Origin: a virus
Strand: one strand, 5' to 3'
Length of the DNA stretch: 64,000 nucleotides
Virus record (IMG/VR): IMGVR_UViG_3300001605_000008
Coordinates: 96,001 to 160,000 of that record
The notes beneath the pieces were generated by a model. It was not told the DNA's origin and did no database searches. It saw only the letters and a list, made by a program, of their open reading frames with translations. A program made the position numbers and the translations under genes. Positions 7,988 through 15,943 of this stretch are shown piece after piece (within the stretch, counting starts at the first letter, position 1; every line of letters begins with the position of its first letter).

Positions 7988-8438
7988 AAACGGATGGCCA
8001 CTGATCAGAGTAACCATCAACGATTCGGTGGTTGATGTGTTTGAAGCCAACGGTACCGAATGGACCAGAGATAGCAAGTTAAAATTAAAAAAAATCAACT
8101 CTTTAAAAATCTGGCATTTTGGTAAAAACTATCATGTGGATCATGGGCCTGACAAATTCTTTGAATTACAAAAAGCATACATCAATGGTGTTGATTTAAA
8201 ACATCATATACATCGTTTTCAACAGCATGCTTTTTTGCCACCATGGGACAAGGAAATTCCAGTGGTAAATGGACTATATCTGGGGCACGAGGGGTACTTA
8301 GAACTTAGATTTTCTAGTCCGGTCAACGCCTGGATACAAGATCTTTTTGGCATCCAGGACACCACCATACACGGACAACAAACAACATTAGAGTGTCTTG
8401 AGAATATCAAAAAGCATTTTGGATCCCTAAACCCATAG
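7929..8438 (+). CDS. Hypothetical protein (169 aa)
   Basis: Open ORF overlapping the end of the class B radical SAM gene; no recognised motif. Confidence 0.6.
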   Translation: MTKYHTEHIKLKFGYRSQNKNGWPLIRVTINDSVVDVFEANGTEWTRDSKLKLKKINSLKIWHFGKNYHVDHGPDKFFELQKAYINGVDLKHHIHRFQQHAFLPPWDKEIPVVNGLYLGHEGYLELRFSSPVNAWIQDLFGIQDTTIHGQQTTLECLENIKKHFGSLNP

Positions 8439-9053
8439 AACCAGCGCTTGCTTGGTTAGATTGAATTTTGCGAAATTACTGCTGCAATGCAGTTGGTGCC
8501 GAGGCCATACTATGATACTGCCCATGCGCCATTCGGCAACATCGCTCACGGGAATATACTTGAGTATTTGGAACTCTTCATCAGAGTGATGGTCCAACAT
8601 TTCCATGAGAGACGGGTCGTTTTCCGTTGGGTTGTCAGGAATGGATAACTTTTTTTTGCTTTCGTGTTCTAAAAAATAATCAAAAAATACAGTCCGGAAA
8701 TTTTTGTTTTCGGAAAACGGAATCAAAATACCGAGATTGGATGAGTTCTTGCAGTCATGAGTCAGGATATTCCGAGATTTAAAAATTTCATTGGTATCAA
8801 AGTGTGCTGTAAACGGCCATATGGCGTCTAGATAATGCCCTCCGTCAAAGGCATGTTCGCCAATCAATGAGTTTAATATAGGATTTAAAATTTGATAAGG
8901 CAGCAACTGATGATCGTCGTACAACGGATGTTTCATGTATCGAAATATATCACCGTTGTCGCGATATCGCACATTAGAGATCGGTTGGGTATCATAAAAC
9001 TCTATCAATTCCTCTAAGAGGGAAATAGAAATAGCGTTGTCAATTATTTTCAT
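8427..9053 (-). CDS. Putative 2OG-Fe(II) oxygenase-fold protein
   Basis: HFD (HxD) and distal HQLHCSS plus a beta-strand pattern (GILIPF, GSIIVWPR) common in phage dioxygenases; directly downstream of gp46. Confidence 0.5.
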   Translation of the reverse strand: MKIIDNAISISLLEELIEFYDTQPISNVRYRDNGDIFRYMKHPLYDDHQLLPYQILNPILNSLIGEHAFDGGHYLDAIWPFTAHFDTNEIFKSRNILTHDCKNSSNLGILIPFSENKNFRTVFFDYFLEHESKKKLSIPDNPTENDPSLMEMLDHHSDEEFQILKYIPVSDVAEWRMGSIIVWPRHQLHCSSNFAKFNLTKQALVLWV

Positions 9054-9058
9054 AGCAA

Positions 9059-10822
9059 TCAGCCTGCTTCGATGTCAGTATTATACGATGTAAAACCACC
9101 CTCCTTTACAACTTTTAAGATGTTTTCCACCCTACCAGCTAGTTCGTCTCGGTGACTCACCAACCAGATGCTTTTTTGTCGTTCTCGGCTCATCTTCTTT
9201 AACAAAGCCAGGGAATTTTCTACTCCCTGGGTGTCCATGCCCGAATCGATCAATTCGTCGATAAACAGCACATTGATGGGATGATAAAGGCTTTCCCACA
9301 CATCGCGGAACGCCCATGACATTGAAAGTATCAGGCGATTGCGCTCGCCTCGACTGAGATTGTCAAAGTCCAGGTCCCGGCCCAGTTCTGTGATCTCCAC
9401 AGTGAGATCGTTTTGGAATATCACCTGGTGTGGCAATCCAATGCGATCCAGATAGTGTGTGAGGCGTTGATTGAGATAGCCGAGATTCTGTTCAATGATT
9501 TTTTTACGGATAAACGAATCTTTGTTCGTGAGTAGTTTCAAAAGGAAGTCTTGGTGATCCTGTAGTCTGGTAAGTTCATTGAGAGCATCGTAGGTAACCT
9601 CTTGTAGGGCCTGGCCGCGCATTTCTTCGATCTGTTCCGCATAGAGGTCCACATCAGCTGATCGATTGGCGAGATCTCGTTTCAGGCCATCCAGGCTGTT
9701 GCGATGATTCAAGGCCTGTTCGAGACTGTCGTAGAACACCGCAGGTGCAGATCCTAAATCTCCGGTGTCTTCGAGTTCATTGAGATGTTCTGTTTTCTGT
9801 GTGAAATTGGTCAACAGCTGGAGGGCGATCTCCTGGAGATTTTTTTGTTTTTCCTCGAGGATTTCGTCCTGCTTTGAGTCATGCAGATCCTGGCCGCAAG
9901 CATGGCATCGATGTTCTCTGAGAGCAGAGATGTCTTGTTCTAGTTTCCGTTGATCTTTTTCCAGCTTGCTGCTTTCCTGGTCGATCTGTCGCACCCATTT
10001 GTTGAGTTCGTCGATGTGTTTCTTCCGGAGATGATATGCTTCGAGATCTCGATGCGCCTGTACTTCCTGATCAATATCGATATGCTCCAAGGAAGAGACC
10101 GCGGCCTGGAAACCCTGTATGTCTTCTTGTTTTTTCTTCTGCCACAGCACCTGGCGCTTTTCCAAGCTCACAATCTGTTCTTCGATGCGACGGTTGGCTT
10201 CTTGCACTGCTCGGATGCGTAGTTCTTCTGCAGTAATAGCTTCTTTGGTGGCACGATTTATTTCTTTGATGCGTTCTGCTCGTTCGCTCAGTAGAGTGAT
10301 ACCCAAGAGCTGTTCGATGATCACTCGCTGATCGTTGGCCTTCAAGCTCAGGAAAGGTTCTGTATAAGTGTTCAGGGCCAGGACATGACGGAACATATCG
10401 TGAGTCATGCCCAGTACAGATTCTATGGCTTCCTGTGTTTCTCTGGAATCACCCTGGCTGTTGTCATCGGCGGCTTGTTCTTCGGAATTTACATAAAACC
10501 TAAGCAGATTAGGTTTGCGACCACGCTCCACCCGATACTCACGACCATTCACAGAAAAGTCCAGGCTTACTAGCATGTTTTTGCCATTGGTCTTGTTGAC
10601 CAGATTGTCTTTGCGTATGTTAGTGAGCGCTTGTCCGTAGAGAGCATAAGAAAGTGCGTTGATGATGGTGGTTTTTCCTGTGCCATTTCTTGAACCATCA
10701 CCACCTAGGTCTAAGTTTTCGCCCAACACAAGGGTGAGATCACGACGATCAAAGTTGATGGCCTGAGTGGCATTGCCCACGCTCATGAAGTTCTTGACAG
10801 TTAAATCTTTAATATTGATCAT
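9059..10822 (-). CDS. gp46: Recombination endonuclease ATPase subunit (SbcC/Rad50-like, T4 gp46)
   Basis: KNFMSVG, Walker A NGTGKTT, coiled coil with zinc hook CHAC, signature LSRGE, Walker B LFIDELIDSGMD, SH motif. Confidence 0.95.
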   Translation of the reverse strand: MINIKDLTVKNFMSVGNATQAINFDRRDLTLVLGENLDLGGDGSRNGTGKTTIINALSYALYGQALTNIRKDNLVNKTNGKNMLVSLDFSVNGREYRVERGRKPNLLRFYVNSEEQAADDNSQGDSRETQEAIESVLGMTHDMFRHVLALNTYTEPFLSLKANDQRVIIEQLLGITLLSERAERIKEINRATKEAITAEELRIRAVQEANRRIEEQIVSLEKRQVLWQKKKQEDIQGFQAAVSSLEHIDIDQEVQAHRDLEAYHLRKKHIDELNKWVRQIDQESSKLEKDQRKLEQDISALREHRCHACGQDLHDSKQDEILEEKQKNLQEIALQLLTNFTQKTEHLNELEDTGDLGSAPAVFYDSLEQALNHRNSLDGLKRDLANRSADVDLYAEQIEEMRGQALQEVTYDALNELTRLQDHQDFLLKLLTNKDSFIRKKIIEQNLGYLNQRLTHYLDRIGLPHQVIFQNDLTVEITELGRDLDFDNLSRGERNRLILSMSWAFRDVWESLYHPINVLFIDELIDSGMDTQGVENSLALLKKMSRERQKSIWLVSHRDELAGRVENILKVVKEGGFTSYNTDIEAG

Positions 10823-10830
10823 ATCGACTA

Positions 10831-12129
10831 TTATACACTAAATTCTTTATCAAGCCAAGGAAATAACAATCGCCAGTTAGTATTCCGACGAGAATCAATC
10901 ACAGATAGATAATTCTTCAAATTATCTATTTCATGTGGATTATTTTTGCATTGACTGTGTTTTGTTGCGATTCCAATCATGGCACCTTTTTGATTTTGTT
11001 GTATGTCTGAATCATCGGGCATAAGATCGATTATACGCTGAAAGTCGTTTTTAAATACTGATTGATCAAAATAATAAAGATTATCAAGATACCCGGTAGT
11101 GTTAAAACTATGGATAATGTGTTTGTTATGATCATCTGATGCTATTTTTTCACGTACGATATTCCATTGATTTATTTTTTCCAGTAACAATGGCAGTTGC
11201 TTTATTGTCAGTGCCGAAAGAGCGCTGTTGATAGAACAAGTAATCCCTGGATCCGCCAGCGCTGCTTCAAAATTTTTCTGCCAGGTATCAAGATTTATTC
11301 CATGCCTGGTGTACTCTTGTTCTGGTCCCCATGCATCTATGCTACCGATAATCTCCACAGTCATGATCTTACCGGTGTTAACCAATGAGTGGAATTTTTC
11401 CATATAGCTTAAAAATCTCGTGTGCGGTACATTTAGATTGGTAACAAGTGCAATAATAAGATTGGGGTTGGGATGATCAAACCAAAAATCAATGCACTGA
11501 TCAAGTTCATCGATGAGAAAAGGTTCGCCGCCCAACACATGGAATCGTCTTAGCGCCTTGTATCTCTGATTGGTACCTAAGTATTTCCACAAATCATTTA
11601 CCATACGTTGATAGTGTGGATTATGTTGTGATTTAGTTACAGCAAATGGATTCTTTTTTAAATCAAATGAGCTTTGGAATTTTCTGTTTTCTTGCTCCCA
11701 TGCGCTGCTAAAATGCGGACCACAATAAACACATTTCATATTACAAGTGTTGTTAAAATAGACCTCCAACATAGTTGGAGTAATCTTGGTTTCCATGGGA
11801 TTGTCAAGCAACTCTGGTGGTGATAGACCCATATCGGTCATCCCCCGTAGCTGCATCATGCGATCACTTTCTCCACCGGCATTTTCTACATCTCGACAGT
11901 AATTACATCCATGCCCGGGCCATTGCCCATTGAGCATTTTCTCTCGCGCCAGAACTTTTTCTGGTAAGTTATGAAACTCGCTAAAATTGTCTGGATCTAT
12001 GGCATATTTCTGTGTGCGATGGCAAGAAGCAGTGGATCCACTGTTGAAAAAAATAGTGCTCCAGCCCCATTTAAGCAAACATGCAGGATCTTGCTCGATT
12101 GGAAATATGCTATAGACCTTTTGTGTCAT
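10831..12129 (-). CDS. Radical SAM enzyme with N-terminal twitch-like Cys domain
   Basis: CLLKW...ASCH...GCNYC then CNMKCVYC, VLGGEPF, VTNL; sits between gp47 and gp46. Confidence 0.85.
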   Translation of the reverse strand: MTQKVYSIFPIEQDPACLLKWGWSTIFFNSGSTASCHRTQKYAIDPDNFSEFHNLPEKVLAREKMLNGQWPGHGCNYCRDVENAGGESDRMMQLRGMTDMGLSPPELLDNPMETKITPTMLEVYFNNTCNMKCVYCGPHFSSAWEQENRKFQSSFDLKKNPFAVTKSQHNPHYQRMVNDLWKYLGTNQRYKALRRFHVLGGEPFLIDELDQCIDFWFDHPNPNLIIALVTNLNVPHTRFLSYMEKFHSLVNTGKIMTVEIIGSIDAWGPEQEYTRHGINLDTWQKNFEAALADPGITCSINSALSALTIKQLPLLLEKINQWNIVREKIASDDHNKHIIHSFNTTGYLDNLYYFDQSVFKNDFQRIIDLMPDDSDIQQNQKGAMIGIATKHSQCKNNPHEIDNLKNYLSVIDSRRNTNWRLLFPWLDKEFSV

Positions 12130-13142
12130 AGGGCCTGATAGATTTGTAATAATAATTTAGGATCGTAAAACTCCGACTCAATCTTGGTGATCTGATCAGT
12201 GACGATCTGATCCACCGATTCAAATCGGACATCACCTGGTGCCATGTCTTCTTCCAACGCCGACCTTTTGTTAGGCATCAACGCCATCTCACGTAGTCCA
12301 TGCTGCTTGATAAATGTTTCTTTGATATAGTTGGCTTCCTCGTAAGATATCTCAATGTCTAATTGTACCCTTACGTGCATATTGGGCCGGAGGATGGCAG
12401 CAGCATGGTCTATCACATGGCTGAGATCCCATACATTGTACAAAGGCTGCTCAGGCCAAGCATGATAACGGGGCTCGTGCCCCCATTCTAAAATCATGCA
12501 ACCACGATTGGTATCGCCGGCATCGGCAAAGTTATGCGGGAAAGCGTTGCCGATATAGTTGATATTGTTTTTCTTTTGCCGTAAATGAAAATGTCCAGAG
12601 AATACCTGATCGTAGTGTCCAAAATGCTCCACGGCGATCTCGCCATGATCCGGCATTTCCACCATGGCGTTCATCTTGAAGTGCGGCAGTTCAAAATGTC
12701 CAAACATGTACTTGGCCGACATCTTGGAAATCTTTTTATGATCATCTCCTACCAGCCAAGGAGCGATGATCACATCTCCGTCTTGGAACCAGTCGTTAAC
12801 AATCACGATGTTGGGTATGTGTCGGGCCCACTCGGTGCTGTAGATGTCTCGGCGATCACGATAATAGAGATCGTGATTTCCAGGGATAAAGTAGAATCTA
12901 TCAAACGCCGCTGACAGTTTTTCCAAAGCACGTAGACTGTACTGTAGTGTCTGCATGTTGATCGACGCTCGATGATGGCTCCAGTCTCCCAGGAACATAC
13001 CGGTCTCGCAGCCCTGTTCCCGGGCAGTGGCGATGAACCAATCAACAAATCGTTCACAGTCTTGATTGTGGAGGAGACTGTTTGACTTCAAGCCAAAGTG
13101 CAGATCTGTGAAAACTGCTGTTTTTTTAAATAAGTTCGCCAT
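12126..13142 (-). CDS. gp47: Recombination endonuclease nuclease subunit (SbcD/Mre11-like, T4 gp47)
   Basis: Metallophosphoesterase motifs DLHFG, FLGDW, GNHD, GHFE, FSGHFH. Confidence 0.95.
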   Translation of the reverse strand: MANLFKKTAVFTDLHFGLKSNSLLHNQDCERFVDWFIATAREQGCETGMFLGDWSHHRASINMQTLQYSLRALEKLSAAFDRFYFIPGNHDLYYRDRRDIYSTEWARHIPNIVIVNDWFQDGDVIIAPWLVGDDHKKISKMSAKYMFGHFELPHFKMNAMVEMPDHGEIAVEHFGHYDQVFSGHFHLRQKKNNINYIGNAFPHNFADAGDTNRGCMILEWGHEPRYHAWPEQPLYNVWDLSHVIDHAAAILRPNMHVRVQLDIEISYEEANYIKETFIKQHGLREMALMPNKRSALEEDMAPGDVRFESVDQIVTDQITKIESEFYDPKLLLQIYQAL

Positions 13143-13154
13143 TGAGCTAGTATA

Positions 13155-14036
13155 CTAGTCTTCCGAAGGAATCGCAACCTGGCTGGGGCCAACCGCGGAA
13201 CCGGAATTTTGCCGACTCCAGGATGGTGTTAACCCGTTGATCTCCAGGATGTCGTCGCGGATGTTCTGCATTTTCTTTTCGATATTGAGCACTCTAGTGA
13301 ATGAATTGGTTATGGCTGCAGTATAATACGCAAACGGATTTTGTGATTTGCTTTCGTCGAATTGTAGTCCAATCTGGCTCAACTGCAAGAGAGCTTGGCC
13401 ACGCATTTCTTCGTTGTAGGAATATCCTCGCCAGTTTGACCGTGTGGCATAGCGTTCGCACAGCTTCATGAACATCATGGCCAGCTTGCGAGTCATCTCG
13501 CCGTGATCCCGAGAGTATTCACCGGTGTCAACATCGCCCCGCCAGTGGCTCTTGCCCACGAGATAAGGTATTTTATGATCTGTTATGCGATAGTGGAAAA
13601 ACGGGGGGAAGTTCACCCGAACATGCACAGGGTCCAGCACAGGTTCGTCGATGAGATCTGCCAAGGGATCTTCGGGGGGCAGCTCTTCAAAGCCCAGGAT
13701 GTCTTCGATTTTTTTCTTTTTGGCCGGTGTTTTGGGTTGTTTCTTGGGAGCCATGGGTATGTGTTCCCAGGTCATGACTCTAAACACCAGATCAGTGTTG
13801 GGAATCTTTTTCTCATTGACTTCTTGCTTGGTTTCCCGGGCGATCCTGGCCGCACGGTTTCTGCGTGCCTCGGCTATGGTGCGCTGGTTGATCTTGGTGA
13901 CCGACGGCAAAATGATGTCGTACTGATGATCCAGCACCGGGTCTCTATAACTGCAGTAGTTGTTCTTGCTGAGGTGTATTTCTTTCAGTAAATCTCGATT
14001 GTTGAGATAATTGACGCGGGGTGGTGTGGTTGACAA
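13155..14036 (-). CDS. gp55: Late transcription sigma factor (T4 gp55-like), TTG start
   Basis: YLNNRDLL at N-terminus, YSYNEEMRGQA, FDESKSQNPFAYYTAAITNSF; GGAG SD upstream of the TTG; adjacent to gp47 as in T4-like phages. Confidence 0.9.
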   Translation of the reverse strand: MSTTPPRVNYLNNRDLLKEIHLSKNNYCSYRDPVLDHQYDIILPSVTKINQRTIAEARRNRAARIARETKQEVNEKKIPNTDLVFRVMTWEHIPMAPKKQPKTPAKKKKIEDILGFEELPPEDPLADLIDEPVLDPVHVRVNFPPFFHYRITDHKIPYLVGKSHWRGDVDTGEYSRDHGEMTRKLAMMFMKLCERYATRSNWRGYSYNEEMRGQALLQLSQIGLQFDESKSQNPFAYYTAAITNSFTRVLNIEKKMQNIRDDILEINGLTPSWSRQNSGSAVGPSQVAIPSED

Positions 14037-14062
14037 CGTGTTTTCTCCCTGGTAATGTACTT

Positions 14063-14090
14063 ATTATACAGGATTTGACAATGTTGTCAA
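14063..14090 (-). promoter_or_regulatory. Consensus sigma70 promoter (TTGACA-16-TATAAT) for gp55
   Basis: Minus strand reads TTGACA acattgtcaaatcctg TATAAT, ending 26 nt upstream of the gp55 start. Confidence 0.8.
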
Positions 14091-14093
14091 ATC
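14072..14093. repeat. 22-bp inverted repeat GATTTGACAA-TG-TTGTCAAATC (operator candidate)
   Basis: Perfect 10-bp arms with 2-nt spacer, covering the -35 and spacer of the gp55 promoter. Confidence 0.85.
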
Positions 14094-14105
14094 TTTTTCA
14101 AGGAT

Positions 14106-14135
14106 AAACTCTGCCGTTTTTATTTCCGGTAAATA
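14106..14135 (+). promoter_or_regulatory. Late promoter TAAATA with upstream AAACT-N5-GTTTTTA element, baseplate operon
   Basis: TAAATA at 14130-14135; same upstream motif and spacing at 21965-21994. Confidence 0.7.
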
Positions 14136-14153
14136 ATGCATCGGGAAACAAAA

Positions 14154-15638
14154 ATGTCCAGCCAAGCTCAATTACAAGCTCAACTTGATGCTACTAACAC
14201 AGCATTAAACATACTACAGGTCAGTGCAAACCAAGGCAATCTGACGCCGGAGCAATCGCGAGCAGTACAGGCGCAGATATCCCAACTCCAACAACAAAAA
14301 TCAAGCATAGAAATCCAGCTGAGAGATCTTAACACCGCTGGCAATCCACCAGACCCTCAGGTACCGTCTGCAACCACGGATCCACAGGCCCTGGCGATAA
14401 TACGAGCAAGCCCGGGTGCCGTGGGAGTTGCCGGTGCCCCGGATCAAGCGCCCTTGGCCACCCCACAACAGTCCGCGGCAGCAGATCCCCAGGCCAATAC
14501 CTTTGTGTTTGATGAAAATGGTGAGTTGGTACCTGCAGATTCAGCCACGGCCCAACGGATACTGGCTGAGCAAGCCCGGGTACAGAATGCCGCACCACAA
14601 CCGATATCCACTTTCACCACGTCGTTCAATCCCGAAACCGGATTATATGATGTGGTGGATCTACAAACCGGCGAGATTGTGTTGTCTGATCGCAGCGAGC
14701 AGGATGCTACATTGTTTGCCGAAGAAGCCAACACCGTGGGCGTGCCCGAAGCTCGTGGCATAGACATCACTCGACAAGAAGATTTTTCCACCGCGATACA
14801 AACCGCGGCAGAAGCAACACGCTTGAATGCGCAGGCACAGCAAGCCCGAGAACAACAACGCAAGCAAGCCAACGATGGTGACTGGCGTGTGCGACTGCGC
14901 CTGGCACCCAATGCCACTTATCTCTACAATGCCGAGGAAGTGGGTCCGTTGTTACAACCGCTCAAGGCCACGGACGGCGTGGTGTTTCCTTATACGCCGC
15001 AGATCGTGCAGGCCTATCGCGCCAATTACAGCAGTTATGATCTCACACATTCCAACTATCGTGGATACTTTTATCAGAACAGCTATCTCGACGACATACA
15101 ACTTAATGCCACGTTTACTGCTCAGGACACCGCCGAAGCCAACTATCTCTTGGCAGTGCTGACTTTTTTCAAATCTGTTACCAAGATGTTCTATGGCCAA
15201 GACGGCAATCGCGGCACACCACCACCCATGGTGTTCCTCCAAGGACTGGGCAGATATCAGTTCAATCTCAATCCCTGTGTGGTAGCGCAGTTCAACTACA
15301 CCTTGCCCAATGACGTGGACTACATACGTGCTCTCAGTCCCAACATCAATGGCACCAACTTGCTGAATCGTCGGTCGCGCCAGTCCTTGCCTACCAATCC
15401 CTTTAGTTCGGCTGTGTCGCGCATAGAAAATCTTTTAAAACCACAACTGGGCAACGGTCTCACTTCTGCTGCACCTCCTGCTGCACCCACCCTGGGCACC
15501 AACTCTCCCACTTATGTGCCCACCAAGATCGACATTAGCCTGATCTTGCACCCCATGCAAAGTCGCCAACAGGTCAGTCAAGAGTTCAGCCTCAGAGACT
15601 ATGCCAGCGGCAGCTTGATTGAAAAAGGATTCTGGTAA
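14154..15638 (+). CDS. Baseplate/tail-tube initiator-like protein (gp48/gp54-like) with long N-terminal coiled-coil/low-complexity extension
   Basis: C-terminal tube-like domain (DWRVRL...GVVFPYTPQI...FFKSVTKMFYG...PPPMVFL...VPTKIDISL); first gene of the late baseplate operon; ATG 14154 preferred over 14136, which abuts the promoter. Confidence 0.55.
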   Translation: MSSQAQLQAQLDATNTALNILQVSANQGNLTPEQSRAVQAQISQLQQQKSSIEIQLRDLNTAGNPPDPQVPSATTDPQALAIIRASPGAVGVAGAPDQAPLATPQQSAAADPQANTFVFDENGELVPADSATAQRILAEQARVQNAAPQPISTFTTSFNPETGLYDVVDLQTGEIVLSDRSEQDATLFAEEANTVGVPEARGIDITRQEDFSTAIQTAAEATRLNAQAQQAREQQRKQANDGDWRVRLRLAPNATYLYNAEEVGPLLQPLKATDGVVFPYTPQIVQAYRANYSSYDLTHSNYRGYFYQNSYLDDIQLNATFTAQDTAEANYLLAVLTFFKSVTKMFYGQDGNRGTPPPMVFLQGLGRYQFNLNPCVVAQFNYTLPNDVDYIRALSPNINGTNLLNRRSRQSLPTNPFSSAVSRIENLLKPQLGNGLTSAAPPAAPTLGTNSPTYVPTKIDISLILHPMQSRQQVSQEFSLRDYASGSLIEKGFW

Positions 15639-15940
15639 TGGCCGCACAATACGATACCACCAGCCCGTATTTTACCACGGGATTTTCCCAGTTCTTCTTG
15701 GATGTCATGACCAATCGTGCCATACCCCGAGACGCCGATGACAAACTTTTCACCATCGTGGAGACCTATCAGTACAGACCTGACATGCTGGCCCTGGACC
15801 TCTACAACAATTCCGGACTTTGGTGGGTGTTCTATCAACGCAATCCCAACGCTCTCACAGCACCGCCCTGGGACTTTGAAGCCGGTGTGCAGATATATCT
15901 TCCCAAGATCGCTACCTTGAGATCTGTGCTGGGGTTTTAA
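15638..15940 (+). CDS. gp53: Baseplate wedge subunit (gp53-like, LysM-type)
   Basis: YQYRPDMLALDLYNNSGLWWVFYQRN...GVQIYLP pattern, 100 aa, in the baseplate cluster. Confidence 0.8.
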   Translation: MAAQYDTTSPYFTTGFSQFFLDVMTNRAIPRDADDKLFTIVETYQYRPDMLALDLYNNSGLWWVFYQRNPNALTAPPWDFEAGVQIYLPKIATLRSVLGF

Positions 15941-15943
15941 TCC

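Noticed and set aside
14075-14110. A + strand sigma70 promoter from the other arm of the palindrome (TTGACA at 14075)
   Set aside because: No acceptable -10 hexamer at 16-18 nt spacing.
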